A stretch of DNA of 64,000 nucleotides from Bispira polyomma. Its lineage: Eukaryota. Numbering within the stretch: the stretch's first letter is position 1; every line of letters starts with the position of its first letter. The stretch covers positions 3,410,001 to 3,474,000 of the forward strand of contig OZ287755.1 in assembly GCA_965649765.1 (NCBI GenBank), in the 5' to 3' direction. Made by a program: the position numbers and the translations under genes. Under the pieces are notes generated by a model. That model was not told where the DNA came from. It made no database searches and saw nothing but the letters and a program-made list of their open reading frames with translations. Shown in pieces: positions 40,292 to 53,134 of the stretch.

Positions 40292-40705
40292 ATGGGTACT
40301 ACCCTACCATACAGACTTGTCTTTGTACTAAGTGCTGTGGCTGTAACAGCCAGTATCCTGGCTGTTCTGCTCTTGACCTATTATCTGGTGGTACCTTACA
40401 GACTGGCTACAGAGCTGATACTCACTACCTGTACAGTGGTGGCCTTGACACCCGTCAGTGGCATGACTAAACCATGTGGTGTACATGTGATCACCAACAC
40501 TACTGTACCAGGTGTAATGAGGGACCAAGGTGCACTACGTGACCCCTGGGTGTGTCTTGATGTTACAGTGGCTTATAGAATTACAACCCAGGATCAGATG
40601 GAGAGTTACCATATGGGTGTACTTTCCAACATTGCTGCTAGTGGTTCTGTAAGTGATGAAATCTCATTTGCCAAACAGACTGGAAGAGGCAACAGCAAAA
40701 ACCAG
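40292..40705 (+). CDS. Two-TM protein, KCNMB (BK channel beta)/TipE-like, coding exon 1
   Basis: Strong GCCATGG start context, TM1 followed by a Cys-containing ectodomain, donor CAG|GTAAGT at 40705 (phase 0), and an upstream acceptor TTTTTCAG at 40207. Confidence 0.75.
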
Positions 40706-41644
40706 GTAAGTTTAGAGAATACCTTTTGTGTCGCCTGATTATATAACAAGTTCCAATCCAGAATTTGTTTAATTTAGAACACAAACTTCTGAAAAAAGGA
40801 TGATGTATCTGTTACTAAGCTGCAATTACAAAATAAGCCCAGTTTGCAATTGGATTTTTTCTCAAATGACATGTTATAATAGAACACATTTGTATTTGTA
40901 AAATATTTTGGGAATGATTATGTTAGAAGAACTGGACTTATATATATAATTAATAAATATACTGTTCTGTTCTATCATAATTGTACCTTATAGACTGAGT
41001 TTGCCATAAACCGTTTATATCTGTAAAGTTATCTCAAACATATATTTACATTCTTATTTTCATTTCACATATATGTACTTTTTCTATAGACCTTGTATTG
41101 TTATGTATGTGTCTGAAATAAAGATAATTAACATGGGAAATGATAATATTAGAACTCCATGTTCATAAATATGACAATCCTATTATTTTGTGGAACTCGA
41201 TAAGTAAAATCATCCACAAATTAACCAAAGCATTCCTACCGGATTGCAATAATTTTGCTACATTAGCCAAAACTATAGGTAGATTTTTCACACACAATAT
41301 TGGGTAGATGCAGTTGCTCAAGTTGCTATTCCATATGAGTGAAATAAGTTGTCACCTGATGTTAGATCCCAAACAGATATTCATAAATTCAGATGCACCC
41401 TCATGACACTTCTGTTCCGACTTATGCCCCACCTCAACAAATCTCTCCTACGGATGCCCTTCTGGTCATGACCTGTTTCGAACCTACGACTAACCATTCG
41501 AAAAAAGGCCTTAGAGGTTACTATATCAATTTGGCACAATGTCAATTATGATTTGATAAAAAAAAGAGAAAATTGTAAATGAGTTATTACTATTCTTATC
41601 ATATATTGCTGTTTTCTTACCTTTCCATTCTGTTTTACCTCTAG

Positions 41645-41983
41645 AAGTGCTGCCCTGGCTGCATATCTCATCAACAGATCGATCCACACACAAACTGTAC
41701 CATGATACTCTCTCATCAACGTGCCTCCCTGACACTACGTATACATCAGGATATCTTCTGTTACTACCAAAGGTCCCTCCCTACAGTCACAGACCACAGT
41801 ACCATGATCAATATCATCTTCTGGCCCACCCTGGTCTTCATTACTGGCTTTGTCAGCATGTTCATCAGTTACATTAAGATGCAGCAGGAAGTTGAGACCA
41901 GGAAGAGACAAAGAAGGAAGCAGATGTCTCTGAACATTCTAAGGACAGGGTCCAAGGTGTCACATGAAAAGTGTGACAGTTAG
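41645..41983 (+). CDS. Two-TM protein, KCNMB/TipE-like, coding exon 2
   Basis: Polypyrimidine tract and TAG acceptor at 41644 join in frame: KCCPGC...C...FCYY...IFWPT-TM2 and a basic tail. Total length 250 aa. Confidence 0.75.
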   Translation, partial: KCCPGCISHQQIDPHTNCTMILSHQRASLTLRIHQDIFCYYQRSLPTVTDHSTMINIIFWPTLVFITGFVSMFISYIKMQQEVETRKRQRRKQMSLNILRTGSKVSHEKCDS

Positions 41984-42879
41984 AGAAACAAGGCCAATAT
42001 TTACTAAGATACATTAAAATCAGCTAGTCTCTGGACCCAATCGCTAAGCTGAGCATGTTGTTCAAATTGGTATTCATGAATAATTTATCAACTGAACGAT
42101 ATAAGGTATTTTAGTAAAATACTGTAAATTATGTACAATTTCATCTATACAGATATGCATGTCTTTGCGTTTTGTTAACGAAGTTTTTTGTTCAAATCTA
42201 TGAATGTTGATGCTTGAGATTTGTTAATTTATAGTCACATGAATCTAGAGCAAGTTCCCTATACTATAGAAATTTATATAATAAAGTTTATTTAGTAACA
42301 GTTGACATGATAAAGTTTTCAATAATTGGACACTATAATACTGCAGCCTACTAAACTACATCCTTGATCCACCTCAATGCTTGTGCCCAAAGTTTATTCA
42401 CTCTGATTCCTCCTCTGGTCTATTTTGTGAATAAATGCCCTGAAGAAACGCGAGTTAGACACAGAGTGGAGTATACAGAGTGGAGTATACCATGGACATA
42501 AATCTGGAAAATATAATTTCATCTATGATACCAGATTGTTTTGTTACGTGATTGGAGTTAGATAGTAACAATATTGTGCAAGGTGTGAAAGAGGCCTATT
42601 GTGTGTACAACAAAACATACTGGTGCAGAAGCATGTTCAGGGTGGGAATGAGTGGTACTATGTATCTAAGACCCCAACATGTGCTATAAAAACAGTTGTG
42701 CTGTTTGTATAAGATCACAAAATACCTCAAGTGTCAGTTGATATTTGTCACATATCTATGTCAAGCACATGCACAAATCCTAAAGGCCATATCCAAAATA
42801 ATCGCATGTTGTGGCCAATAAGAGTATAGATTATAGGGTCCAGGTGAATGCATTTGAGATCAATAGATTATTACATAAG

Positions 42880-45680
42880 ATCTAATATTTGCTTTAATTA
42901 CAAAGTAGTGGCTTAATATATTTGACTTTCCACTAAAAACTTGTGCGAAAACACACAGAAAAATATCTGCTTATATATCACCCTGTCATCTTATAGAAAG
43001 ACAAAACTGTCAGTGAGAAATCAACTAGAAGATATTGTGTAGTTGCTGCTTTTCCCGTAATTCTACTTGAGAGAATGGATTAATACCTAAAATCTAATAT
43101 TCTGTTTAATTGCAAAGTATTGGTTTAATATATTTGACTTTTAACTTAAAGCTTGTATACAATCATAAACAAAAATACCAAATTATATGTTACCCAACTT
43201 TTAGAAAAACAATGATATCCTTGAAAACACTAGAAGATGTTGTGTAGTCACTGCTTCTCCTGTGATTCTGTTTGCTGGACAAATTGCAGACCAGGCTTTA
43301 TTATTCACAAAAAGCCTATAAAATGCCACTAGCATTAGTAGAATGTGGCTTTGAGTTTATAAGCATTAATCTGCTCAACAACAAGCCAGCCCACTGTGTG
43401 ATTTCCATAGTTTCCTACTATAGTGAAGGAATCAGGTGACACTAGGGTTTAATTACAAGCCATTTGTTATACTGTTCGACATTAAGACCTTCAGATTGGG
43501 TGTTAAAGGATGTGGTAAATCATTGTGTGCCATTTAACTTATCATCATATTTCAAAATGTTATGGAATGACACATTAACCCCATTATCTACTTAAAGGTT
43601 GTTTACGATTACACTAAGATACTGGTTGATTTGATCAAGATTGTATGTGCAAGATGGATGGATTAATAATTTAGATATTATGTTTGTTAAGAACAAGTAC
43701 AATTATTGTAGCTTATAACATGCGTATTTCCCAACTTGTGAAAATTATCCAATTGATATACATGTACACTTATTTGTGGTACACCAAGACGAAAAATTGG
43801 TACAGCTAACAAAGTAATAAAGCACTAAAGTAATCTTAATTCATTTTCTAGTTAAAGCGTTCAATGTTGTAGATAACATTTTTATTAATTACTATAAATT
43901 ATAATGAAACCAAACATGTTTAATACTAATTACTTTACATTCGGGCAATAAAGTGACATTTAATACACATTTTGGTGGGTATTTTTTGGACAATGACTTA
44001 TTAGTCTGTTTTCCATTTATTGTGGGGGGTGGGGGGGTAGATGGGGTGGCTGGATAGCCAGCCGGTCTACAGAATATCATTGCTTGTTTGAAACCTGGAG
44101 AAGTGACTTAAAAGATGTTTTATTGTTTGTGATCCTGCAATAATTATTAAAAAAAGAGCAAAATAAATAGTTTTAGGCAAGCAGTAAAACAAATAATGTT
44201 GTAAAACAGAATTTTATCTCTGTGTCATCAGCATAAACCAGAGACTCTGTATCCCAAAAGAGTTATTGGGTAGCTGGGCAAAGTAAGTCAGTCTTATCCA
44301 ATTAGATGCTCTATTGGGTGTAGGACATAGCCAGATCTCTATGTCATCAGCATAAATCTGGTACTTTGTGGATTCGTAAGAGGCTATAACTTTACTGAGT
44401 GGTGTTGTGTTGAATGAAAGGGAGATTGAGCCCAGGAATGAAGTCTCACTTTATAATATTTTACAGAGCAAAACGTTCTTCTTATTAATATTTCAGCCAC
44501 CCTAACGCCCAGTGATAAAATGATCAATGTGGGTATTATGTTTCATGTATACTTCTACATTACCATTATTATACAGACTAGGTGTTTGGACTCAAAGATA
44601 ATAGATTATTACCTCTTAAGTAGATATAATGGTCACAAATATTCACAAGAAAATTTGATATTGTATCACATTACAAGTATAGGCTCAATATATTTGTACC
44701 TAAACACACCAGAAAACTACCACATTACATGTTACCCTGTCACCGTATGGAAATAGCAAAATATCCGTAATAAGTAATCAACCAGCTTCCAGATTATGTG
44801 TTAACCTGTTATCTGATAGAAAGACAAAAACATGATTCAGACTAACTGACTAGATATTGTGTACTTGCTGATTCTGCTGTGATTCTACTTTATTGGACCA
44901 ATTGCAGACTTGCTGTATTTTTTGACAGGAAGCCCATCAATGCTGCTGTGCTAAGGACAATAGTGTTTTCTGTTGAGAAGTCTTCCTTAATCATTTCAAC
45001 AACAATCCACTCTCTGTGTCATTTCCATAGTCTCCTATTTGTGGTGTAGAAATCAGATGCCACTAGGGTGTAATTACAAGCCATTGGTCATAGTGTTTGA
45101 TAGGAGGCTGCTCTTGTTATCACATGAGGATCTTCAGATGGGGTGTTAAAGAATATGGATGCTGCTTAATTTATTATCATGTTGTAAATGTTACGTTTAT
45201 CTTCAATAATAATTTAGTATATGCAAAGTGGGTGAATTAATAACTTAGATAAATACTTTTGTACAAATAAAATTATTGTAACACATTGTATTTCCCAGCT
45301 TGTCTCAGCTTTTCGTCAAATTAATATACCCAGGTATTTTGTATACCCCTAAATTGGTAAAGCTAACTAAGTAATGAATGATTTGTGTAATTATTTTTGT
45401 GCTTGTAGCTAATCATTCCTGAACATGCCAAGTATATCTTATTAGTACGTCTAGGTAACTAGATGCTTGAGTGGGTGTAATACAGTTAGATCTCTGTGTC
45501 ATCAGCATCAAACTGATACTTTGTGGATTCATCAGAGGCTCTAACTTTACTGAGTAGTGTTGTTGAGTGTAATAAAAAGAAAATTGGTCCCAGAAATGAA
45601 GTCCCACTTCATTATATTTGGATCAGGTGCACAGAGTATACTTTTCTCCAAAATATTATTATAAGCACTTCACCGCCCAC
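42880..45680 (-). repeat. Old local duplications of decayed L2 RT fragments
   Basis: 42880-43090 resembles 43093-43300; 43200-43830 resembles 44800-45400; 44300-44500 resembles 45460-45680. Minus strand reads TPLSKVI..YADD and NGL*LNP. Confidence 0.7.
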
Positions 45681-45950
45681 TGATGACTTGGGTGTCATAT
45701 TTGATGTAGGCATCTCTTTTAATGGTCGTGTTAAGAGCATGTACAAGTCGTGTTTTGACATAATTTAAAAATATCGGAAACTTCTTAGAAATATCAGTGA
45801 CAATAACTGCTAAAAATCTTCTCTTTGTAAAAGTCTAAACATCTGGAAAATATATATGAGAAACTTACCATACATTTGAAATTATTTAGCTGAAGTGATC
45901 AGTAATAATTATAGTTTCTCACACAGTATACCAATTAAAACTACTAATGT
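45680..45950 (+). mobile_element. Decayed L2 fragment
   Basis: DLGVIFD...SF...V...KSCF motif. Confidence 0.55.
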
Positions 45951-47117
45951 ATTAGAAATAAAATCTCTTTGTTAGTCTTCTCTGATATGAAAATTTATAC
46001 CAAGAGAATACCAAGTTTACTTTGACAGGTTTTTAGCACTGGAACTAGCAGGCAGCACTATTTGTCTGGATATTACAGGTTGTTGCTCAAGAGTTTTATT
46101 TAAAAAGGTACATTTGAACAGAAACATTGTGAATCAATTTGTATGATGACTTACATTGTAAGAGTAACCACGTAATACAATGAATATAAAGCTTTAATTG
46201 GTTTATAGCTAACAATTTTTCAACATATTTTATAGCTCATGTCCGTACCGTCCAGCTGACAGAGAGGATACAACTCATTAGTGATTGATTTGCCCATGTT
46301 TTGCTGCTCAAAGGGATGAAATGCTGCAGAACCTAAACCATTATTTTTCTTTGAGTAACATAGTAAAAATCATTTAACCAAATATTTATTGTTTGGACTG
46401 GGGTCTTTTGACAAAGAAAATATATAAAAGATGAATTTCTAGTAGAGCTAGAGCCATTTACAATAAATCTATTGACAAAACCTACAGTATAATTACTATA
46501 AATTCGGCCTAGAAAGAAATATACTTTTGAGGATACTCATTATAATTAATACTTGTAATGTATAAAATAAAGGAAAGTGTTTTAATGATATTTCATAATA
46601 TATTCTGTGTTATGCTGTTTCATTAGGCCAACAATCTAAATCTAACTGAATCTGTTTTTTTTTTATTTGTGTGGCAACATTTATATAATTCATGACAGAT
46701 TGCAGATATGGATAAATACCAAAGCTCACTCAGACTCTTTATTAACAGATATTGCTTCCCACTGATGCCCTCATTTTTTTGGCTCTGTAATCACTAAATC
46801 ACTGAGCTCAACTAATGGACAAAAGTGGTTATTATACTAGCTAGAAAACAAAATTAAAGTGGCTCTCATCGGGGAAAAAGGGTGTTTCAGATCGATAAAA
46901 GCACATTACTTTCCCTGTTTTATCTCTCATCCGAAAGTTCCCTAAAATACATTGAAAAAATGATAGATTAACCCATATGTTTAAATGTACATTTTTTTTT
47001 TGTGCTTCACTGCAATAATCAAAAATAAATTATTATAAATTTAATATGCAGTAGACCTTAATGTTGATGTTGACAATTGGTATTAGATATCATCTGCTAA
47101 TGCATGCACAATTTAGA

Positions 47118-47330
47118 GTTGGGTTGACGTTATTTTTAACAGTTTAGGTCATATTATGATGGCCAGATTTCAATGGTCGAATAAACCAGTGCTGAATATA
47201 CTGTAAACCACCGACCCACGGCAAGTACCTGACAAACTTTTCTTCATGAAGAAACAAACTCGATTCAAACCCACATTGTCGAGAGACACATGATTATGGA
47301 GCAGACACTTCTAACCAGTAAACCACAGTA
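47118..47330 (-). mobile_element. Meta-domain-like SINE
   Basis: Reverse complement matches 32500-32740 (AAAGTTTGTCAGGTACTTGCCGTGGGTCGGTGG). Confidence 0.72.
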
Positions 47331-48117
47331 ACTTCCTATCTGCCGGTCAGAAGATACATAACAAATCAGAGGCACAATTTCTGTCTGTAACACATTCAAA
47401 ATATGTATATTGAGATTTAAATAATAATAATGAAGGTTATGATGAATTGTATACAAATACCAAAATTCTTTACAAAATCAACAAAATGCTCTTGCCATTC
47501 ATTGTTATTGGCCCTCCCTTAAAAACACTTTTTTCTCTGAAGTTAATGCTACGTACATTGTATGTCTTATGGGTACGATTTTTTTTAAGATCGACAGTTA
47601 TATTTACAGTCTTCGGTTTAAAAAAAGCCTGCATTGATCGAAGGATTTCCTGTATTGTTGAACACCACATCGTATCTGCAAATCTTGAAAGTCTACCACT
47701 TGTTTACCTCCAAAGAAAAAAGCTAAAGTTTCTGAAAAAGTACTTACAGGAATGTTATATATTGAATGACTCAAATTAATTACATGTAGAGATGGGGTAG
47801 GGGGCCAAGGGAAACACTATACAATTGTAGAGAAAATCTGTCCAGAATGGCAAAACTAGTAGTGTTTTTAAGCCTGAGTAAGTTTATCACGCAAGATTAG
47901 GTTGGGTTCTGATGCAATGATGTAAAGAAAGCTGTTTAGCAGCTTTGTGGATAGTTTCTACTGTTTTTCCATATAAAATACATATAGTCTGGATGGTTAT
48001 CAAAAGTGTGACAGTCTCCTATAATATTAGCATTAGATCATTACTTGGGTATCCTTTATAATGTAGTTCTTCTAATATGATTGTTGAAAACAGCATGTCA
48101 GAAGGTTATCAGAACAA

Positions 48118-48765
48118 CATATCATGAAGTCGGCGACAAAATCGTGCGAATTAGATCCAGTACCAACATATCTTCTTAAAGAATGTGTTGATAAACTTGT
48201 ACCAATTGTCTCATTGATCATCAATGCTTCACTAAAGGGAGGACAGGTCCCAGACTCAATGAAACAGGCAATAGTTCGACCTCTGTTGAAGAAGCCCGGA
48301 CTTAATCATAACCTGATAAAGGTTACTGTATGTATACTAAGCAAGTTGGGGACATCATATGCCGACATGGACTTATGCACCACATATATGCAGATGATAC
48401 CCAAATATATATGGCCCTAAAACCATCAACAGACAATTGGGAGGATGCTGTCTCTAAGATAGAAAAATGTGTGGATGAGGTGAAGTCCTGGATGACTCTC
48501 AACATGCTAAAATTGAATGATGAGAAATACAGAATTGGTCATTATCTCCTCAAAACAAAACAATTGCAGATGTCAAGATATCGTAGTCACTATTGGGAAT
48601 GCAACTGTCATTGCCAAGCCAGATGTTAGGAATCTCAGTGTTATCCTGGATCAGACCTTATCCACGCAGAAACATGTGAGCCTTATTACCAAATCCTCTA
48701 CCACCTACGAAATATTAGTCGCATTCGTCGTTACTTATATGAGGATGCTTGTAAAACCACTCCTT
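48118..48765 (+). mobile_element. L2 LINE RT fragment with internal deletions
   Basis: KSCELDPVPTYLLKEC, KQAIVRPLLKKP, HIYADDTQIY and WMTLNMLKLNDEK motifs. Confidence 0.9.
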
Positions 48766-49733
48766 CAGTTATACAAAGTCATATGCTCTTTGGAAAGGAA
48801 GAATAGATGTAACATGTTTGAACTTATTATCTCTATTAGTGTACATGTATGTATGTATATTACTACTTGTAGATTATTCTTTGGACCATAATAACCTTGT
48901 GTCTAAAATAAAGTCTGTCTATCTTTCTATCTTTACTGAAACACAGTGCTCAATCAATGACATATTGGGAAGCTTCCCTCTGAAACACTTATATGTGTCA
49001 ACTTCTTTACAGTAAAACAGTTATTATTTCTGAAGAAAGAGTCATGTGCTTGTATTTGATAATTAAATACAAGAGTGCATTTGTACTGTGTGCAGTACCT
49101 GTAAGACATGTGAGAATTTTGACAATATTTTTTTTTCTGCTGCTTGTAAAAAGAACGGTTTTGTGTTAATAGGGAGAGCAATAAATTTTTAATAAGAAAT
49201 GAGAATTGATTTAAACTCTTTGGAAATTCAATTAATTTCTAGCGTAATCAGGCAGAAGTACAGTTACAGGCTGTGTTAAATGAGGAGAGCTTGTTCTCAT
49301 TAAAGGAACCCTTCCACCATCACTGCACCCATCTCACTCATTAAAACTGCAGTACTAGCAGCTTTAAAACAGCACAGGCGATTGTGTGTTTTGCCAGACT
49401 AATAACTGTAATGCAAATATATCAGAGCACCAGAGGTTAATGTGTGAGAGGCTACAGGCACAGTATGCCACATCAAAATAATAGCAGTGTTCTCAATTTC
49501 AATGACAGCCTACACAACATTTAAAATGAGAGTAATAATTTTTGATTATTTAGGGGATGTATAACCATATAGGATATTGTAATAGGTTAATATGATCTGT
49601 TAAGAGGATAATTTTTACAGAAAATTGAAAAATGAGGAAATTTGACATTTGTCAGGTAAATTTCCTCTGTTTGTTATTTTCAAAAGCTAAATCCACTTAC
49701 TTAGCAATAAATATGTTTCCTCACAGTGAGTAC

Positions 49734-52700
49734 TGACAATCATTTCCAACAGATTGGCTTACTCAATCACCTGTGTCGTCTTCCATATTGTCCTTCATCA
49801 TTAACTTTGAAGTCAAATGAATAACACTTAACAATTTTATTTGTTTCATTTTAGTTTGTTATAGGTCAACTCAAACACATTTTTTACAACTAGTTCATAT
49901 ATATTATATGGAAGACTCCACTGCACAGCACGGTTAAGCCGAAAACAAAGAAGATTACACAAAGCAAGGTGAACAAAACTGGGGCAACGATGGGTGAATG
50001 GTAACTGGTAATATGGAGTCTGACTTACAGACACAGTTAACTAACTTAATTCACGGGGTTACTGATGTCAGAGTCGACCTCTCTGGTTTTCCTGCTAGCA
50101 ACACTAGATCTACCCGTTGGACCCAGCCTCCTCTGCTGGGAGTTACACACGACCTTGGAGAGCACATCCTGTGGTACACTCTGCCTTGGCCCTGAGTATG
50201 CATGCAGTACATATACATGAAGTGTCCTTTATCATGGGAGAACACAAGTTGAGTCCGTCTCTTGCTAACAACGCTAACTTTAACACTGAAACTGAATCAT
50301 AACACTTTATTACTCAACAATCTTAGTAAAAGAAACAGTCCATCCAGAAGTGTTTCAAAGCTAATTTGAAAAGAAAATACGACGAACAAGCCAGCAATGG
50401 CTACAGACAAACAGAACAGTAAATTGTGATAATTAGAGTAATAAATTTATTGACGATGCAGATCGTGAGTTCATTAGGAACAATCTTGACAGGGACAATC
50501 AGTACAAAAAGGTGCTTAGTGAAAATAGAAATAATAGAGACATAAATGAGGACGTTATTAACGTGTGTGTGGATGGTAAAGTTATAAATGTCATATCTGA
50601 TTCGAATTCGGAAAGTGACACTGTAATTTACAACACTGACATTATTATTTTTCAGACAATAACACTGTTACTGATGATGTTGACATATTTGTTGAGGGTT
50701 ATATTTGAGATGCAGGCAGATATCATAGCATTTAATCTAACACACATAGTATAGATGCAGCTGAGGAGCAGCAACTGATGAGTCATTCACATAAGTACGA
50801 CTTTTGACTGGTGTACAGAATGCCGTTATCAAAAGTGCGGAGGCAGATGGGACATTGGCTGGCAAGATTGGACATAATGCAGGTGACATGCTCTTATATG
50901 CACAAAAAGTTCAGTGACTAACTAGTATGAAAAAATGAACAAGTTAGGGATAGGACTCCTGTAGCTAATATTTATAGCAAATAATATGAGAGTTTCTTCT
51001 GCTTTCATCACTACATTACCATCACTGGCCTTGTCTCCTGTTAATGTTGTGATCTTCACCTCTTACAATACTACTGCATGGTTGCAGATAAGCTGAATCA
51101 ATAATGCTTTCCTGAGAATAGACACCTTGTCAAAAAATATCATAGATCAGGATAAACACGAATATAATTATTATTAGGGATTTAGAGTGTTTCAGTCAAC
51201 CAAGTGTTGGAGTCTAATCGAAATGTTAGTACTGATAGTACTATGTCAGAAAGGGTAATGTTATTTGTATTTCTAAGGAACAATGTAAGAGTTATAAATG
51301 AAAGTTCTATTAATATCCACCATGCACACATAACCAACGTTAAGGTGGAATCATAGTGGTATATATCTGCTGCTTCTGGAATTTAAAATTATTAACTATA
51401 ATTTACACAATATATTATAAATAGCCTGTACTGGCTAAAGGCAAGTTAATATAATCATATATAATGCATAAAACAGGTAATATCATTCTTCGTTTATAAG
51501 CAAAACTGTTAGAGTAAAAGCACCCATATACTCTGGTATAGAATTCCATAGTGAGTTTGTTAATAAGAACAATGTTGCCATTATTGATTTACATAAACGT
51601 ATGGGTTTCATTGCTTTATCTGCTACAGAATTTAAATTTTATGACCCTGGTCGGCTCCCTGTTACCATTAAAACAGTTAAAGATATGTTAAACATAAGTT
51701 GGGTAGTAAGTGGCAGTGGTTTTCCTGACTATAAACAGGCTAGGTGTCCACTTACCTCTTGACTAAATCACTCAGGCTGGGACACCATATTTAAGGTATA
51801 TCCTGACCAATTGCTAATCGAATATGTGAAGCTTGGAATCCCACTTAGTTTCACTAATTCACACACATTACATAAAACAGAGGTTAAAAACAACCAATCT
51901 GCCCTTTGGGACACTGACGCAGTTGATCAATATTTAGACAAAGAACAGAAACATGGAGCAATGTTAGGTCCAGTTGAGGTTAAGTTAAGGTTCATTGTTC
52001 CCACTTGTCAACTTGTCCCAAAGATGTGGACAAATGTAATTTTTAAGGCAGGCATCTAGATAAGGCAAGTTCACGTTGGTACTATGGTAAGGTTAATATA
52101 TGTAACCCTGTTGAACCCCGGCAGAAGATTGAGAAACCAGGTGAGGTCGTCCTTTATTCACCTAATTACTGTATACTATTTCATTGTATTACTATCTCTG
52201 CTGATACAATCACCAATGATGTACCAACTTTGAAATGTATGGCTTCCAAACTTCTGTTAGACATCTCACCATTTTAGTACAGTTACTTGTTCCTTTATGA
52301 GCATCACTCATAATTCTACTTTTAGACATAACCCCCCAAAAATCCTTTGACAAACACCAGTTAACACAGATTTCCAAACGTTGTGACATATTGCAGGATC
52401 TAATACGTTACAGAGCTCTATTTGTTAGCATTCTTTAGGTTTCTTAGGTTCTCAAACATCGCCCCTCACTCTAGCATATCTTTTGACCTTACCAGACATT
52501 TTCTCAGGCAATCCCTCATATTTGGGCACCCTGGAGCCCATATCATCCTCAAGGGAGCAAAAACCTATAAAATAGAACAGACAGCCACACATTTCTAATT
52601 TCCATGGTACAAAACAATGTACTTTGCCCAGTGCATGGTTTAAATAAACTACTTGCTTCCAGGCACCTTCCTGTTGTGAATTCTCATTTAAGGACCTCAC

Positions 52701-53134
52701 TACATATAGTCCTGGATCACATAGGAGTACAATATCAATCACATGGGATTCATACCTTTAGAAGTTCTGGAGCCAACCATGCTTTTAGCAATAATGTTTC
52801 ATTGCAAAAGATAATGTCGCCTGGCTGATGGAGGTCATCAGCAGTGAGGACTTGCCTTTAAATAACAACCCAAGCTGCTTCTGTAGTTCCCAATACTTTC
52901 ACTTCCACAATTCCTTCTTTCTCATAGCTTGGCTTGGGTACATAGACATATAGTAATATGTAAATGTATCATTCCTCAAACATTATTTCACTGTGTTACA
53001 CTTTGTGATCTACCTTACTTTACTTAACACATTGACTGTTACACCCTCCCTTAATATTTTCGTCATATATTCGTCTGTCCATGACATTCATTTTTAATCA
53101 GATTGGCCTGTTCAATCACATGTTCAATCACCTG
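49734..53134 (+). mobile_element. Tyrosine-recombinase retrotransposon, copy C; heavily decayed, with deletions and an inversion
   Basis: Gag end HPE..CFK (~50341); RT N-terminus DYKQARCP..LLIEYVKLGIPL..GAMLGP (51600-52040); YR LCPV...HGIHTFRSSGA..AF...G*WRSSAV (52300-52860). Confidence 0.85.
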
